DNA from: Adineta vaga
Lineage: Eukaryota; Animalia; Rotifera
Direction: 5' to 3'
Length of the DNA: 64,000 nt
Assembly: GCA_021613535.1 (NCBI GenBank)
Contig: CP075492.1
Span: forward strand, 1,426,001-1,490,000
The notes under the pieces were generated by a model, which was given only the letters and a program-made list of their open reading frames with translations, made no database searches and had not been told where the DNA came from. Position 1 is the first letter of the stretch. Every line of letters starts with the position of its first letter. Below are positions 12,918 to 28,337 of this stretch, in pieces. The translations under genes were made by a program, and so were the position numbers.

Positions 12918-13800
12918 GTTCTTTTTGGTGTTATATTCAATATCGGTACCTACAAGACAATATTTTTCGATTTTCTATTATGAAAACTGTAAAAACTCGA
13001 GTGAAGAATTCTCAATCTCTACTTTTCGTCTATTATTATTTTATAAGTACGATATCATTCTTCATGGGATCCTCGTAAAGATTTCTTATAAATTGTAAAT
13101 CTATATATTCGATGCGATGATGTACTTCGAGTTGAAAATAAACATTTAGTTGTTAATTCACGCAATAGTTAACCTTGATAGAAGAAAAGGTGAAATTGGG
13201 TATCCCATTTTTATCTCAATCCTTATCTATGTCCATACTCTAAACTATATATGTTTAGTGGATAGGAAAAATGTCATTTACGAGTCAATTCTACTTATGC
13301 AAAATGTATTCTTACTGGGGAAAAAAAATACAAATGAACGAAGCTTTATTTGTTGACGAAATTTTATTCGTCAGTTGAAGAACGCAAAAAAGTTGTTTTG
13401 TTTCTTTAACTATGTAACTTGTTTGAAATTATCTTATCTCAAATATATAAACATGAAATACATTCTCTACTGTTATCCATGTCTCCACCTATTCGTTCAT
13501 TAATTTCTTTCTTTTCTATTTTACGAAAATATTTTACATAGAAAATAAATCAGAACAAGATATTGATTGACCTAACGTACGAGAAACGACAGAACCCATT
13601 TTAATATTTGATTGCTACCAATTCTTCTCGAATACGCCTAACTATACAATAGTCATACTCACTCTGAGGATACAGTATCGACTTAATCAACAGATTTGTT
13701 TATGCGAAAATATCTTCCAGTTAATCATTTTCTTCTTTTTTTCATCGAGGAAAAATTAATCTCTCTCTCTCTATACGTATATGAAGAAGAATCTGTCTGT

Positions 13801-13864
13801 GAGTGAGACAGTAGGTGCGGATTAAGAATTTAGTCACAACCTCGCCCTCACACCACACCCTCAA
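13801..13864. repeat. Copy of the inverted-repeat element
   Basis: Ends in CCCTCACACCACACCCTCAA. Core GATTAAGAATTTAGTCAC is a near reverse complement of GTGGCTAAATTCTTAACC at about 25952. Confidence 0.55.
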
Positions 13865-14354
13865 CTGAAATATATTTCAAATATTTAAATTCGATTATTT
13901 CAGTCACCAATCTATAGCATAAAGATTTCCTTCTAAACTAAATGTTTAACCTTGGAGACGACAAAATTGATCACCTTCTTCATTTCCACCAACGACAATG
14001 ATTTCATATTGTTTGAATTTTATTTTTACGAAAGAAAGATTTTCATTCGATTAACTTTGAAAAGCGCAAAACTTTCTCTTTTTATTTGTTAAATCGACTT
14101 TTCTATTTCGAAACTAAAGAATAATTTATCCAACTGATTCGTTCTATAGTACAGATATAACTCACGGATTATTATCCGAAATTTCCGTATTTATAATTTC
14201 TTTCCATTATATAATCATATCGATGAATAAAAGTGAACGATGAATAAGAAATTATATTTTCATTTTATTTTTGTTTTTACATAAAGAAAACGTAAAAGAA
14301 ATAAAGATGAAGAACATAATATGAAAAATTGACGTGATGAAATATCTTGTAGAT

Positions 14355-16425
<2,071 letters not shown>

Positions 16426-17828
16426 TTTTCTTTTTGCTTCTTACTTTATTAGAATGAATGAATGAAGAAGAAAGTCGATGCATACATCGGCTTTTATAAA
16501 CGATAACGTTGCAACATGACGAGAAAGAACGACAAAGAGCGAAGAAAAGAAAAAGAAGAAGAAGAGAATGAATTACTTGGACGTCGATAGACAGAAATTC
16601 GAAAGTTCTCTCTGGAGAGGAAAGAAGGAAAGAAAAAAAACATTCTTTATGTTGTGACGACACTAGAAGAAAAAAAGATGTCCGCAATAACCTACTTCAA
16701 CAGAAAAAGGATAAAATCTAAATGATTAATGCCTGTTTTCTTCGATAATGAGAAACCTTTTAATAGTAAATTTTCGTTATTTAGAAATATTTAAACACAA
16801 ATGATAACGCATTTTTAATATTCTTGATAAATATGTATGTATTTATAGATAGATAGATAGATATTTAATCTTTGATATTCTATATAACTTAGAATTTACG
16901 ATTTATTTTCAATGAACTTGACAACACTCCCTCTTCTAGAAATTTCATCTATCTTTCTTCTTATTTTTTTTTGTTGTTGTTGTAACCATACATACAAAAT
17001 ATACTTCAGAAGAATTCTCTTTTTTCTTCTTCTAGCAACCGAGATAACAAAGAAAAGAAACAAATCATTCGATATTCTTAGTGCTTCTAGAAAATATTTC
17101 GATAATAAAAAGATTTTCTTATCCAAACCAATTTTGATACAATTCCAAATGATATTCGATAGAAAAAGTCAATCGTTTAAGATTATACATAAAAAATATT
17201 ATTATTCATTGAATTTCAGTTAAATTAACAATACCATATTTAAACAATTGATATTATAAACTTTGAATTGTTTCAATGGACAAAAAAAAACACAGAATCA
17301 ATAGTCTAAATATCAAAACAATAATCCGTATTTATCATTATTCTTCATCTCACAAATTTCTAACAAAAGTTGATTACAATCGATACCCAAGAGAATACGA
17401 ATGAGACTGTATTTGTTTATTATCATCTACATTCATGCTTTCTATTCAACGAGATCAAATATTTCTTTTTCTATCCAAGATAAACTAATTAACTATCAAG
17501 GATTATTTCATCAATAGAAATTAAGTAATATATATTAACAACGAATAAAAATAGAACATATGAACTTTTCTCTTTCGTTTTTATATTATTTATTCGATAG
17601 CGAAACAATCAAAGACATGACACATAAAGTGAAATAAACATCAAAAGGTTTTTTTTAACGTTGTTATGTATAATTCTAGAATATTGTTTGGATTTTCAAC
17701 GTTTTTTTTCAAATGAAGCCAATGAAACGTCAATGCAATCTGATAGTTTTGATGAAAAATAAAGATTTCGAGTTGTAAATAATAATTTATTGAAATAAGA
17801 ATGAAATAGATTTGAAAGATGTAATTAA

Positions 17829-18833
17829 TTATTGTGATATATTTCTTAAACGTAATTGTCTGATATAATAACGATAGAAAAAAGTAATTCTTTTATAAAA
17901 TATATCTCGAAAGAATTTACTGGTGAACATTGATACATAAAATGATAAAGCAAAATTAGTAAAATATAAAGAACCACCTATTGTAATAGCAAATGTTGTT
18001 GCAGCACGATCATTTATAGTTACTGTTGAAATATAATTTGATATTATATTATAACTATATGAACCAAGACGTAATATTGAAAATAATATACTTAGAATTA
18101 CTTGTATTATTATTATTTTAATAAGTTTTAATTCTAAACGTTGATTATTTTGAAGATTTAATTGATCTACTTTTCTTATTGCAGGTCGAATTCGTTGTTG
18201 AGATTTTCTAATAATCAAAATAGTAATGAACGTAAATATAAACATTAAAATATGAGGTAAAAATATAATAAAAATGATTAAATAAGCTGAAAAAATAAAT
18301 ATATAAATACTATTTGGTGCAATTTGACATAAATTATTATAAATATCATAAAAAATAATAATATGAATTGATAAAATAAATATAAATATCATCATAGAAA
18401 TTGCTAATCGTTTAGCAACTATAATTTGAGTCCATAAACGTATTCTATCATTATCATATGTTATTAAATATCGATTAAAACTTGTTAAAACCAAATAAAA
18501 CGATGTTATTGCAGGTAATGTTATAACAAAATAAAAACGTAATTTACAAAATAAATTTGATTGATTTTGAAAATTATATTTCGAATAAATATTTGTTAAA
18601 CGATCAATTGTTAAACGAGTAATAATACAAAATAAAATAGTTATGAATTGAAATATTGAAGTACATTTTAAATAGAATACAGATGATGAATGATACATTT
18701 CACGACTTGTAAATGTAATTAAATTACAAAGACTACCTATTATACCAAAGATTAATGTTATATAATCAATATATAATGTTATATTTGAACTAATTGTATT
18801 TAAAATTATTGAATAACTAGTTGAAATTGACAT
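17829..18833 (-). CDS. Orphan rhodopsin-like 7TM GPCR
   Basis: Seven hydrophobic segments, GSLCNLITF in TM1, FCKLRFY in TM3, NRY (DRY variant), SKFFR helix 8. Start taken at MSISTSYS. Confidence 0.85.
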   Translation of the reverse strand: MSISTSYSIILNTISSNITLYIDYITLIFGIIGSLCNLITFTSREMYHSSSVFYLKCTSIFQFITILFCIITRLTIDRLTNIYSKYNFQNQSNLFCKLRFYFVITLPAITSFYLVLTSFNRYLITYDNDRIRLWTQIIVAKRLAISMMIFIFILSIHIIIFYDIYNNLCQIAPNSIYIFIFSAYLIIFIIFLPHILMFIFTFITILIIRKSQQRIRPAIRKVDQLNLQNNQRLELKLIKIIIIQVILSILFSILRLGSYSYNIISNYISTVTINDRAATTFAITIGGSLYFTNFALSFYVSMFTSKFFRDIFYKRITFFYRYYIRQLRLRNISQ

Positions 18834-19938
18834 GGAAATTTTCAATAGAATATAATCGAAATAAAAATATACTTTTTTTTTAAGATTAATGATTTTATCT
18901 TTTGCTTTTCTTTTTTCTTCAAATATTTTATGTTTTAGAGAAAAATTAATATCCGTAATCACAATATTGTTTCTTTAATCTTAATAATATTCTATTTATA
19001 TATATATACAATCAATGTTCATGACATTTATGAGATAAAAAGTACATAGATCGTTTTTCGAATAATTTCTTATTTTTTCATCAAAGAATAATATCAATTT
19101 TTCGAAAGATATTTACGTTTTTCAATTAATATATTTTTAGTATCATCGATGAATGTTTATATAGTTCGTAATGAACAACATTAATATTGTTCTGAATCAT
19201 ATCAATTTATTCTTAGCAAAAGGCATTGAGTATATAATTCTAATTTATTAGAAATATTTGCCTGAATAAAAGAATGTTTTGTTTTTTTTCATTTGTAATA
19301 TTCTTTTACAGATTTGTTTTGCTTTAGGAGGATTCCTCTTTTTTTATGCATGAAAAAATTCAAGATCGGAAAGAATAGGTGGATTCACACATATTTAGTA
19401 GAAGATTTGTAAGTTATTCATCATTTTATGATATTAATTATAATTTAACATGATATAAACTGACTTCATAGTAAACAAATTATTCTTATTCTATAATTAC
19501 AAAATTACTTAAACTCTGAAATATCTACAAATGTAACGCTTGATTGAAATGTTCGATCGATAATTATTTCAGATAACATATCTATCATATTTGTCATACA
19601 TTGTTTCTGCAAAGTTTTTAGACAACTCTATATTCTTCGTAGTTGAGAATGCATTCTTAACCATCACCTACACCCTCACGCAACCTTTTTCTTATTCACA
19701 TTCTGATTCAAGCAATTATCCACATCATTTTCTTGTGTTCTAGAAGTCACTGAAATCAATCGTCAGACAATAGATTCTCGTTCCTCCGAATTTTGTTTCT
19801 TTGATATTGATTTCATTCAAATGTTTATCATTCTATAGACTTGTAATGAATTTATTTCAAATATTATACTTAAAATGAATTTTCGAAGACAAACCAGCTT
19901 CATATGTTTTTTTGTCAAGTGTGTATAGATCAAAATCC

Positions 19939-21486
19939 TTATTTTCCGATGGATGATTGTAAATCCTCCAAGGCAACTTGTTGAATAAATTGTTCATACG
20001 CAATTCGTCGTTCTTCATTTCGTTGATCATATTGTTGTCGTCTTTCTAATGCCATGCGAGAAACTTTTGCTGATGTGGAAAGTGTTTCTTGAGCAATTTG
20101 TTTCATACGATTTTCTCGTTCTGTATCTGTTTGGGGTAGTAAAAATTGCGAAATTCCAGCAATTTGAGTCATAATATACTGATGACTAATATCATAATAC
20201 GTTTTGGACATAATGTATAATAAATGTGCACCGCGATCGATTTCATCAGCTGTACCAAGTAGCAATGTTACATAGAATTCTCTATCGGCATCATCTAGAA
20301 CACCGCTGGCCATTTCTGTTTCTTCAATAACGCCGATAAATTCAAAAAGAATCGTACCCTGCGTTTGTTCCGCTTGTAAAGAGAGTTTTGCGAAAAAACG
20401 AATCATTTTATCCCATTGTGTTTGAATATGGATAATCTCTTGTGATGCACTGGTAAGAATATTGATGATAGTTTGATGATCGATATTGGTCATATTCAAT
20501 TGTGATAGTTGTATAATAGTAGCGGTCAATTTATCTTGTTTTTCCAACATTTGAGTATACCATTTATCATAAATAGCTTGTGCTTGTTTCAATCGTTCCA
20601 ATGCTAACTCAGCCTTCTTTTTAGCATTTTCAAATGGTGTATTATCAATCGGACGGCCACCGCATGAGGCAAAAATACACCCGACAGTCTGCAACGCTCC
20701 ACTAAAAACATTTACAACACTGCCGACTATACTACCAAGCGTACTAGCGACGAAACCTCCAAAAAATCGTTTTCGACGTCCTGGAATAGCATGATATGCC
20801 TCATAATATTCTTTCTGTGCTTTCTGAAGAGCTTCTCGTGCTGCCTCAAATTCCTGACGTATTGATTCAATTTGGACATTTAACAAATCTTGCTCTGCAG
20901 TTGAATTAGCCAACAACTGACCTATTATTATAAGTTCAGATGAGCTCGATGCTCCTGTGCCTTGCGCAACGGCTGTTAATTCGTGAAGAAAAGCTGCCAA
21001 ATTTCTATAATTGTGCGTCGTTGAATTAGCTGACTGCATACATTGACTTGCAATTCGTTTAATATTAGTCAGTGTGAGTGGAAGCAGTGTTTTGATGAGA
21101 CGAGGTGAAGCAGATGTAAGTAGCTTGAGAGCTGTCTTAATGTGATTCGGTATCTGTTGCATATTCATTTGAATACGATCCATATTCGTATGCGCGCCGA
21201 GAAATGCGGAATACATTTCATTTCCCAGTTGAACCAAAGTAGTACGAAATGAATTTGGATATTTGATGTATTCATAAATATAATTGGGAGTCGGTGGAAT
21301 CAACGCGAAATCCTGTTTGCTTGCGATTACCATCAGATTACTAAGATAATTAACTGTTATTGGTCCTGCAACAACCAGATCTTCCCATTTCTCTTCGATG
21401 CCACGTTGTGATAATAACTCTTCATCCAGTCTGTCGTCGAATACCATCGAATTTTTTACTATACTTAGACCTAAAATCACAGTCAT
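19939..21486 (-). CDS. Uncharacterised 515-aa helical coiled-coil protein with central hydrophobic hairpin (possible alpha-pore-forming toxin)
   Basis: Long uninterrupted ORF. Heptad-rich helices flank RRKR-FFGGFVASTLGSIVGSVVNVFSGALQTVGCIF. The 5' end is uncertain. Confidence 0.75.
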   Translation of the reverse strand: MTVILGLSIVKNSMVFDDRLDEELLSQRGIEEKWEDLVVAGPITVNYLSNLMVIASKQDFALIPPTPNYIYEYIKYPNSFRTTLVQLGNEMYSAFLGAHTNMDRIQMNMQQIPNHIKTALKLLTSASPRLIKTLLPLTLTNIKRIASQCMQSANSTTHNYRNLAAFLHELTAVAQGTGASSSSELIIIGQLLANSTAEQDLLNVQIESIRQEFEAAREALQKAQKEYYEAYHAIPGRRKRFFGGFVASTLGSIVGSVVNVFSGALQTVGCIFASCGGRPIDNTPFENAKKKAELALERLKQAQAIYDKWYTQMLEKQDKLTATIIQLSQLNMTNIDHQTIINILTSASQEIIHIQTQWDKMIRFFAKLSLQAEQTQGTILFEFIGVIEETEMASGVLDDADREFYVTLLLGTADEIDRGAHLLYIMSKTYYDISHQYIMTQIAGISQFLLPQTDTERENRMKQIAQETLSTSAKVSRMALERRQQYDQRNEERRIAYEQFIQQVALEDLQSSIGK

Positions 21487-22170
21487 AAATCAGTTTATCT
21501 TTTGTAACAAGAAAAAGTCGACTTCAGACACAGTTCTTGTGAAACTATCAGACTAGAGAAACAGTGTATTAGAATCTAAACGCAAAGCAAAATGCGCAAT
21601 GCAGGCAAACTTCCGAGACCATACGTTCGTAAGAAATGAAATGAAATCTATTAGTTCGATAGCTGCGACATTAGTCGGATTAGAGCAAGTCTTCAGAAAG
21701 TCAAACAATGACTTGTGAGCATTAACAACTGTTTCCAATAATATTTCAATAAATATGTCATACGGTCGGAAATATGATCTAATTAAATTTCGTTATTCAC
21801 GATGAGATCCTATCGTCATTAATATGAAAATGCACTGACTGTAATCATTACGACACCGATTAACTGTCTCGGAGTATTTGATAATTGGATACTTAAATTG
21901 TCTGCGGATGTACCGATCAAATTTGTTCATATGTAACATATCGTCTCTCATCAAGAATTCGAAGCAGCTGTACTTGACAAGAGTACTATGTTACTTGAGT
22001 AAAGGAAGTTTTTGGTTTTAGAGAAGTTTTACTAACAATTATTTTGAACTCAGTTGTACACTTATCATAATCTACAAAGTTTGACATTGATATTTAAAGG
22101 ACATTCTTTTCATGTCGATCGATTAACTTTTCACTATGAATAAAAATAATTACGTTTAAACAGCTTTTTC

Positions 22171-22486
22171 TTAAAAGTCATAGAAATTATGCTTACTTGT
22201 CATGTTATCGATGCCACGTTCCAGATTGAAAAGAAATGTATCATCATCAATTTTCGGCAATTGCATTAAATCTTTTTTACTCATGCGGAAAATTGTTTGT
22301 ATATACGAATCTTGATATGGATCAATCGAAACATTTTCGTCTGTTTTAAGCAATGTCAAATGACAATGAATAACACCAACCAATGTCGTTAAAACTATGA
22401 AAGTAATGAAAGATATATATCCAGATGGAACTCTTACATCACGTATACTTGAATAAATACGACTACTTACCGATAAGAATATTCAT
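22171..22486 (-). CDS. Small putative secreted protein, or 5' part of a decayed gene; 2 exons
   Basis: ATGAATATTCTTATCG|gtaagt..catag| splices to a signal-like MNILIVLTTLVGVIHC in frame with ORF 22171-22383. Confidence 0.4.
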
Positions 22487-25400
22487 TTGATCTAAAAGAG
22501 AATACAATAAAGATTCAGTGACAGTTTTTTTATTCATATGCTCAAGTAACATATTCAAGAAGTCGATTTGCATGGTCTCGTTTTGAAGAAATGAAAACTG
22601 TCGTTCTGATCATAACTTAACGATTATTATCACTATTTTCTACTCATTAAATTTCTCTGAAGAGCTCTACTTAACTTCTGTAAAAGGAGAGCGATGAAAA
22701 ACACTATATTCTAACATCTACTTTTTCACTTACAGCAAGAATATCAACGAAGAATAATCTTTAGCAGATACTTCACAGATAGAATTGTCTATATTATATA
22801 TGTGATGGCTTGGGACTTCTGCCACATGAAGCTTCTTTCGCGGAAGAAACGAACCAGATGTTTATGCTCGCAGAATGATCAAAAGCCTCTTCGGCGAAGA
22901 TTCTTAGCCAAAAATAAGATAAATTAATGATTCAGATCGTCGAAATTAGATGTAATTGTAGCGTAAACATAAGTATGATTTTAGTAATGCGAGTTTTTTT
23001 TTGCGATGAAGTACGCAGTCCTCAAAATATTGGTCTGCTTTTTATCGCATTATTCTTTTAGCTCTATACGACATTGGACAAGAGGTTGTATGAAAGGAAA
23101 AAGCATGTTTTATCGAATGTGATCAAGAACAAACATTTTGTTTCCAATATCGTACATTTAACTAAAAAAAATCATTGACTAATATCTACGTTAGAGACAA
23201 TTTTGATCTTACAAATAAGCTTTACGTTCGTTTCAAATGTTATTAGGTTGACAATAAATGTCTGACGTTTACTTGAAGAGTTTATTTTTATTTTTTAACT
23301 CCAAGAACACAACTATAGCTTTCAACAATGTATTCTCTATTGCTATATCTACTTTCTGTTACCGAAATTCACTTGAATTTGTCAATAACATTAGAGAAGA
23401 CATTGTTGAAAGCTGTTTCTATTCTAGAAGTTAGAAAAAAAGCGAAACATTTCTTACCAATCAGATAAGAGTGGCGGGCAAAGTCTTATCTCAATTATGC
23501 GACATACTTTAGAGTCATTCATTTATCATTCGTGAAGTATATAGACTTTGACTATGAGTAATATTATGATCGTTCACATCAAGTTTTTATTTTTTCTAAG
23601 AAAAGAAAAACTTGTTGAATTATTTTGAGAATGAGAATATGAGTACGAAGGGTAGATTGAGAATACATTCTCTGATTTTTAACAATAAAAAAATGCATCT
23701 GCATCATCGATAGTACTCGATGATTCAATCGAATAAACTTCAAATCATTCATGATAAATTCATCAAGATTTATTTTTTCTTTCTATTTTTTTGAATGTAT
23801 TGTCGATAATTTAAGACATAGTGAAATTAAGATTTGTTTTGAACATACATATATCTGTCAAATAATAACGCTCGCGCATCTTTTCTTTGACACGATTGAA
23901 GACTAGAAAATACCAATGACATTTATGACTTTGACGAGTACTACTGAATTACTAAACAAATTTAATGATGTTCTTCTAATGCACAGGATTCCGACTTAAC
24001 GCAGCACAGCGATGCGAATTAAGTAGTCAAGAAATAACAGAGACTTAATCTCTTCTGAAGTACTCAGATAGATACGGTTGCTAAAGATAGTCATCGGTAT
24101 TGTTGAACCTAAGAAAATTCAATATAAAAATCATTTGATTTCATGTAGATATCGCTCGCGTAATCCATTAAATTACCCTCATTCTCAAGATAGTTGTATA
24201 CGTAAAAAAAATAGTTGAATTGAAGTTTCAAGTTATAAATGTAGTTGTGTGATAATAATAGTGTAAAATAATGATTTACTCCTAAGATCTTTCTTCATTA
24301 TGTTATAAACTATTTTGATAGATAAAGTAAGATATTTTCTTTTCTTTTACATATTAGAGAATATATATATATTGAATAATGGCTATAACGAAGTGACACA
24401 GGTAAAACTGAATCTATTAACACGTATGTAATATAAGTACTATAGTACCATGACATACACACGTTCTTCTTTAGCATAAATTAATATTATCCCGTCAATA
24501 TAAATAGAAAGAAAAGATAAAAGAACTAGAACAAGAAAAAAAACACGTTTTAAAAGAACAATATTTGCCAGGATCACCATCATCTATGTCAGATGGACGA
24601 TCCTTTATCTCTCTTCTCTCTTTTTCTAGTTAGTAGTTATCATTTTTGTTATTCAAGATTTTTCTCAGAGAAAATAAAGAATAATCATCTCGAACGAAAT
24701 CAATTTCTAACAATATTGAATATATAGTTATAATTCTTATTGAGAATTTACTTCTGAAAAACTTCGTTAGAGATCATTAGAATGTACAAATATTTGAAAA
24801 TTATCATCTAGTAATCACTTTTTCACGTTCTCTTGGATGATATAATTTTTATTAAAAGTACGCAATATCGAAGTTTTAATCAGTCATCCGTTTTTACTCG
24901 TTTCTTCCATCTCCGATGTTTAAAGTACATGTCGAGCGTATGTAGTAATCAGAGAGTAACTACTATATTAAACATCTGTCTTTCTTCTTTTTGACATTTT
25001 CTTGATTAGTCAGTAACATCAAATAGAAGGGGAGGAAAGGTTATCAACTTTTATTAAACATATTGACGCTTGGGAATACAAGTTTAATTACAAATACGAA
25101 TATTTGTAAGTAAACAAGTTCAAGAATGTTTTTCATTGACTTTCAGTCATTCATGAATCATTGTAGAAGATATGGAAGATGGTTATCTCAAACAAAAGGG
25201 TTCTACATGACAAAGTGATACATTCGTTTGAGTTCTACAAGAAATACTTTTCTAAAATGATAATCGATAAGCTTAAAGAGTTATTTATTTAGAATTTTTC
25301 ACTGTTTTATAAAGTAGATTCTTTAAATAAACAGATATTTTTGACGATGTCTATCTAGATCATGAGGAATAATCTCAATCTCCGAAAAGGTGTGTAAAAT

Positions 25401-25533
25401 TTGTATAGAAAATTTCAAAAACATATATGAATATCAATTTCCAAACGAATTCTTATTGAAATTTCAATATAATCTATATAGTCTGCTTACAAAGTGTTTA
25501 ACTTCTTTTTATCTAATTATAGATATTCGTATA

Positions 25534-27369
25534 ATGTTAAATAAAAGTTTCATATCTCTATTACAATCTACTGGTAATGACAATAGCAGTCAAGTTGTTC
25601 AAACATTAAATCTTGTATTTCTTCATTTGACAACTTACTTTGGTTGTTTTTTAATAATCTTTGGCAATTTTAATTCAATTTTTGTGATTCTATTATTTTT
25701 ACGTTATAAATCATTTCGACAGAATACATGTTCCAATTATCTTCTTCTATGTAGTCTATGTGATTTATTTCAACTCAATTTTGGATATATCTTTCGTTAT
25801 CTAGCAGATAGTTTATTTCAATATAATCTAACAGCAAAATCATCATTCTTGTGTAAATTTCGATTCTTTCTAACTCAAACAACAATAATGTGTTCATTGG
25901 TATCACTATTAATGGGTAAGAGTTGACAGATATCGAAATAATCTTGACGGTGTGGCTAAATTCTTAACCCACACTCGGACTCATACATAATCTCATCTCA
26001 CCTCTATTAATGAAAATTGTCGTGAATGAAATTGAAAGTGATTTAGGAACGAAGTGGCAATATCTGTAATTAGATGTGAACAAATACTACTTATTAGGCG
26101 GATAATTTAGTCAAAAGTTGTTTTATAAGAGATTAAGGTTTACAAACGATTATCAGACTTTCTTTTCTCAAACGACTTCTTCTTACGTCAATTCTCTAAT
26201 TAAAGATAAAAAAATTCACAAATTCATATAAAAAAAAAACCATGAAACAACTGAAATGAAGCAAAATCAGATCATATAACCTTGAAAAAGAGAAAAACGA
26301 GACTTGCTCGATTAATTCTGTTTCTTCTTTTTGGTTTTTTTTTTATTAAAATCAAAAGACAAAATGACGATACAGAGAAGAGAATAAAAATAGTAGAAAA
26401 AGAAAGAAAAGAACTTCTAGTCGTAAATTCTCTTTTGATCCTGATATTAAAATCTACGAATAAATTCATAATAAATAAAACGATTTTGATTTTGTATTTA
26501 CTTTGAGAAACAAAGATAAAATACTTTAAATAAACAAAAGCGACTATGAAAAATTTAAGAATAGTAAGTCAATAACTATTATAAAGCAGCTAGAATTAAA
26601 AGAAAATCGTTGTCAAAGTTTCAATTCATAAAAATATATATAAATGAAGACTTTTAAGTACTTATCTCTATATAAAGTATATTTATCTTATTACTTTTTT
26701 GTGTACAGTTGAAAAGATAATTTGATATTCATTTAAGGTTCAATTGATCGTTATATTCACACATCTTATAAAGAACATTGGTTAAAAACAATCTTTTTGA
26801 AACATACACGTATTTTCATTGTATTATTAGTTTTAATATGTATTATCTTATCATCACCAAGTTTATATTATATCGATATCTATTCCAATCAATGTTATGC
26901 TCCACCTGACAGTTGGTATCTCTATTATATGCATATCTTCTTTTTCCTACTTTGTCTGATTATTCCATTGATTTTAATGCCATTCTTTGGCTATTTAACA
27001 ATTAAAAATATAAATAATACAATTCATCATTCCCGTTGGATACATATAAATGAACGCATCCGATATTTTCAGATGCAAGTAACACATATGTTATTAATTC
27101 AAGTACTCTTCACTGCTTTGTTTAGTTTTCCTTATGCTATTTATATTTTGTACGAAATTATAACATTTAAGATGTACAAAACTATGAAACGACGAATGAT
27201 TGAAGATTTAATATCGAGAGAACTACGTTTACTACTAAATATTCACAGTTGTGACAATTTATATACATATTTAATGGTTTCACCTGTACTTCGAGCGAAA
27301 CTTTCTGCTCATTTTCAATGTTATAAATCCAAAATTACGAAAAAGAACATACAAAAGACAGATGTTTAG
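25534..27369 (+). CDS. Orphan rhodopsin-like GPCR; exons 25534-25915, 26738-27369
   Basis: FGNFNSIFV, RQNTCSNYL, LCKFRFF. The splice restores GSIDRY, and TM5-7 lie in exon 2. Confidence 0.85.
25940..26005. repeat. Intronic copy of the inverted-repeat element
   Basis: ATCTTGACGGTGTGGCTAAATTCTTAACCCACAC, about 25 nt inside the GPCR intron. Confidence 0.5.
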
Positions 27370-28337
27370 CGAATGACATATATTTTTACTCAATATGAAA
27401 CTTTATAAAAGTGAAGATATTCTCGAACGAAAATTATTTTCTAGTTGATCAATTGTTCATAAATTTCTTCTTCTATAATCTTATTATAACTTTTATTTTG
27501 CTTTTGTGATTCATGTGAACTTCTATATTGTCATACACTTGAATATAACAATCAATAAATGAAATATAATAAATTCACACTGATCTACAACATATCTAAT
27601 TTATTTATTTATGACAAAAGAAACAGAACGAATTCCTACTTCAATTACTCGAACATAATTTTCTTCTATTTAAAAATACTTTCTAGCCGATGTATTAGTT
27701 GTTTTCTTTGTCACTTACATTTCTTGGTATTATTTAAAAGATTAGTTATGAAGGTAAATAAAATTATATAGTTCTTTATAAACTATCAAACGTGATTATT
27801 AGTTAACAAAATAGAGATGTCGTTATTATACATTATGGTTAACAGATCACCATTTATGATGGTTTAATTACAATTGAAGTAACTAAAAATCTAAATCGAT
27901 TAATCATCGAAAATTTTATTGAAACAATTTTTTAGTCTTATAAATTATTTCTACTTTATACTTTATATTATTAAATATATTTATTTATTTATATAATTTT
28001 TAAGGAAGTTTTTATATGTTTCTAATTTCATCAAGTCGATTTTGTCGAACAATAAAAGATAAAATAGTTTGTCGACAAAGATCAATTTAAATTTATCCAA
28101 ACATAAACTCGACGATTTGAAGATCAATATTTGAGATTATTCTGTCATTTTTCTTCATACATCTACATATTAATCAGATTATAAAATAAAATAAGATTTT
28201 ATTACATCGCAATTCTATTTCTTACATGAAATTGTTTGATTAAAAACTTCAATAATGAAACGGATATTTTTTATATCAAAGTTATGAATTGAATTGAGAG
28301 TGAGGATCAAAAGAATACCCACCCTTGATAAAAGATA

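Noticed and set aside
19939-21486. Retroviral or errantiviral env gene
   Set aside because: No C-terminal TM, few Cys, and no gag/pol or LTRs nearby. Retained only as a PFT-like candidate.
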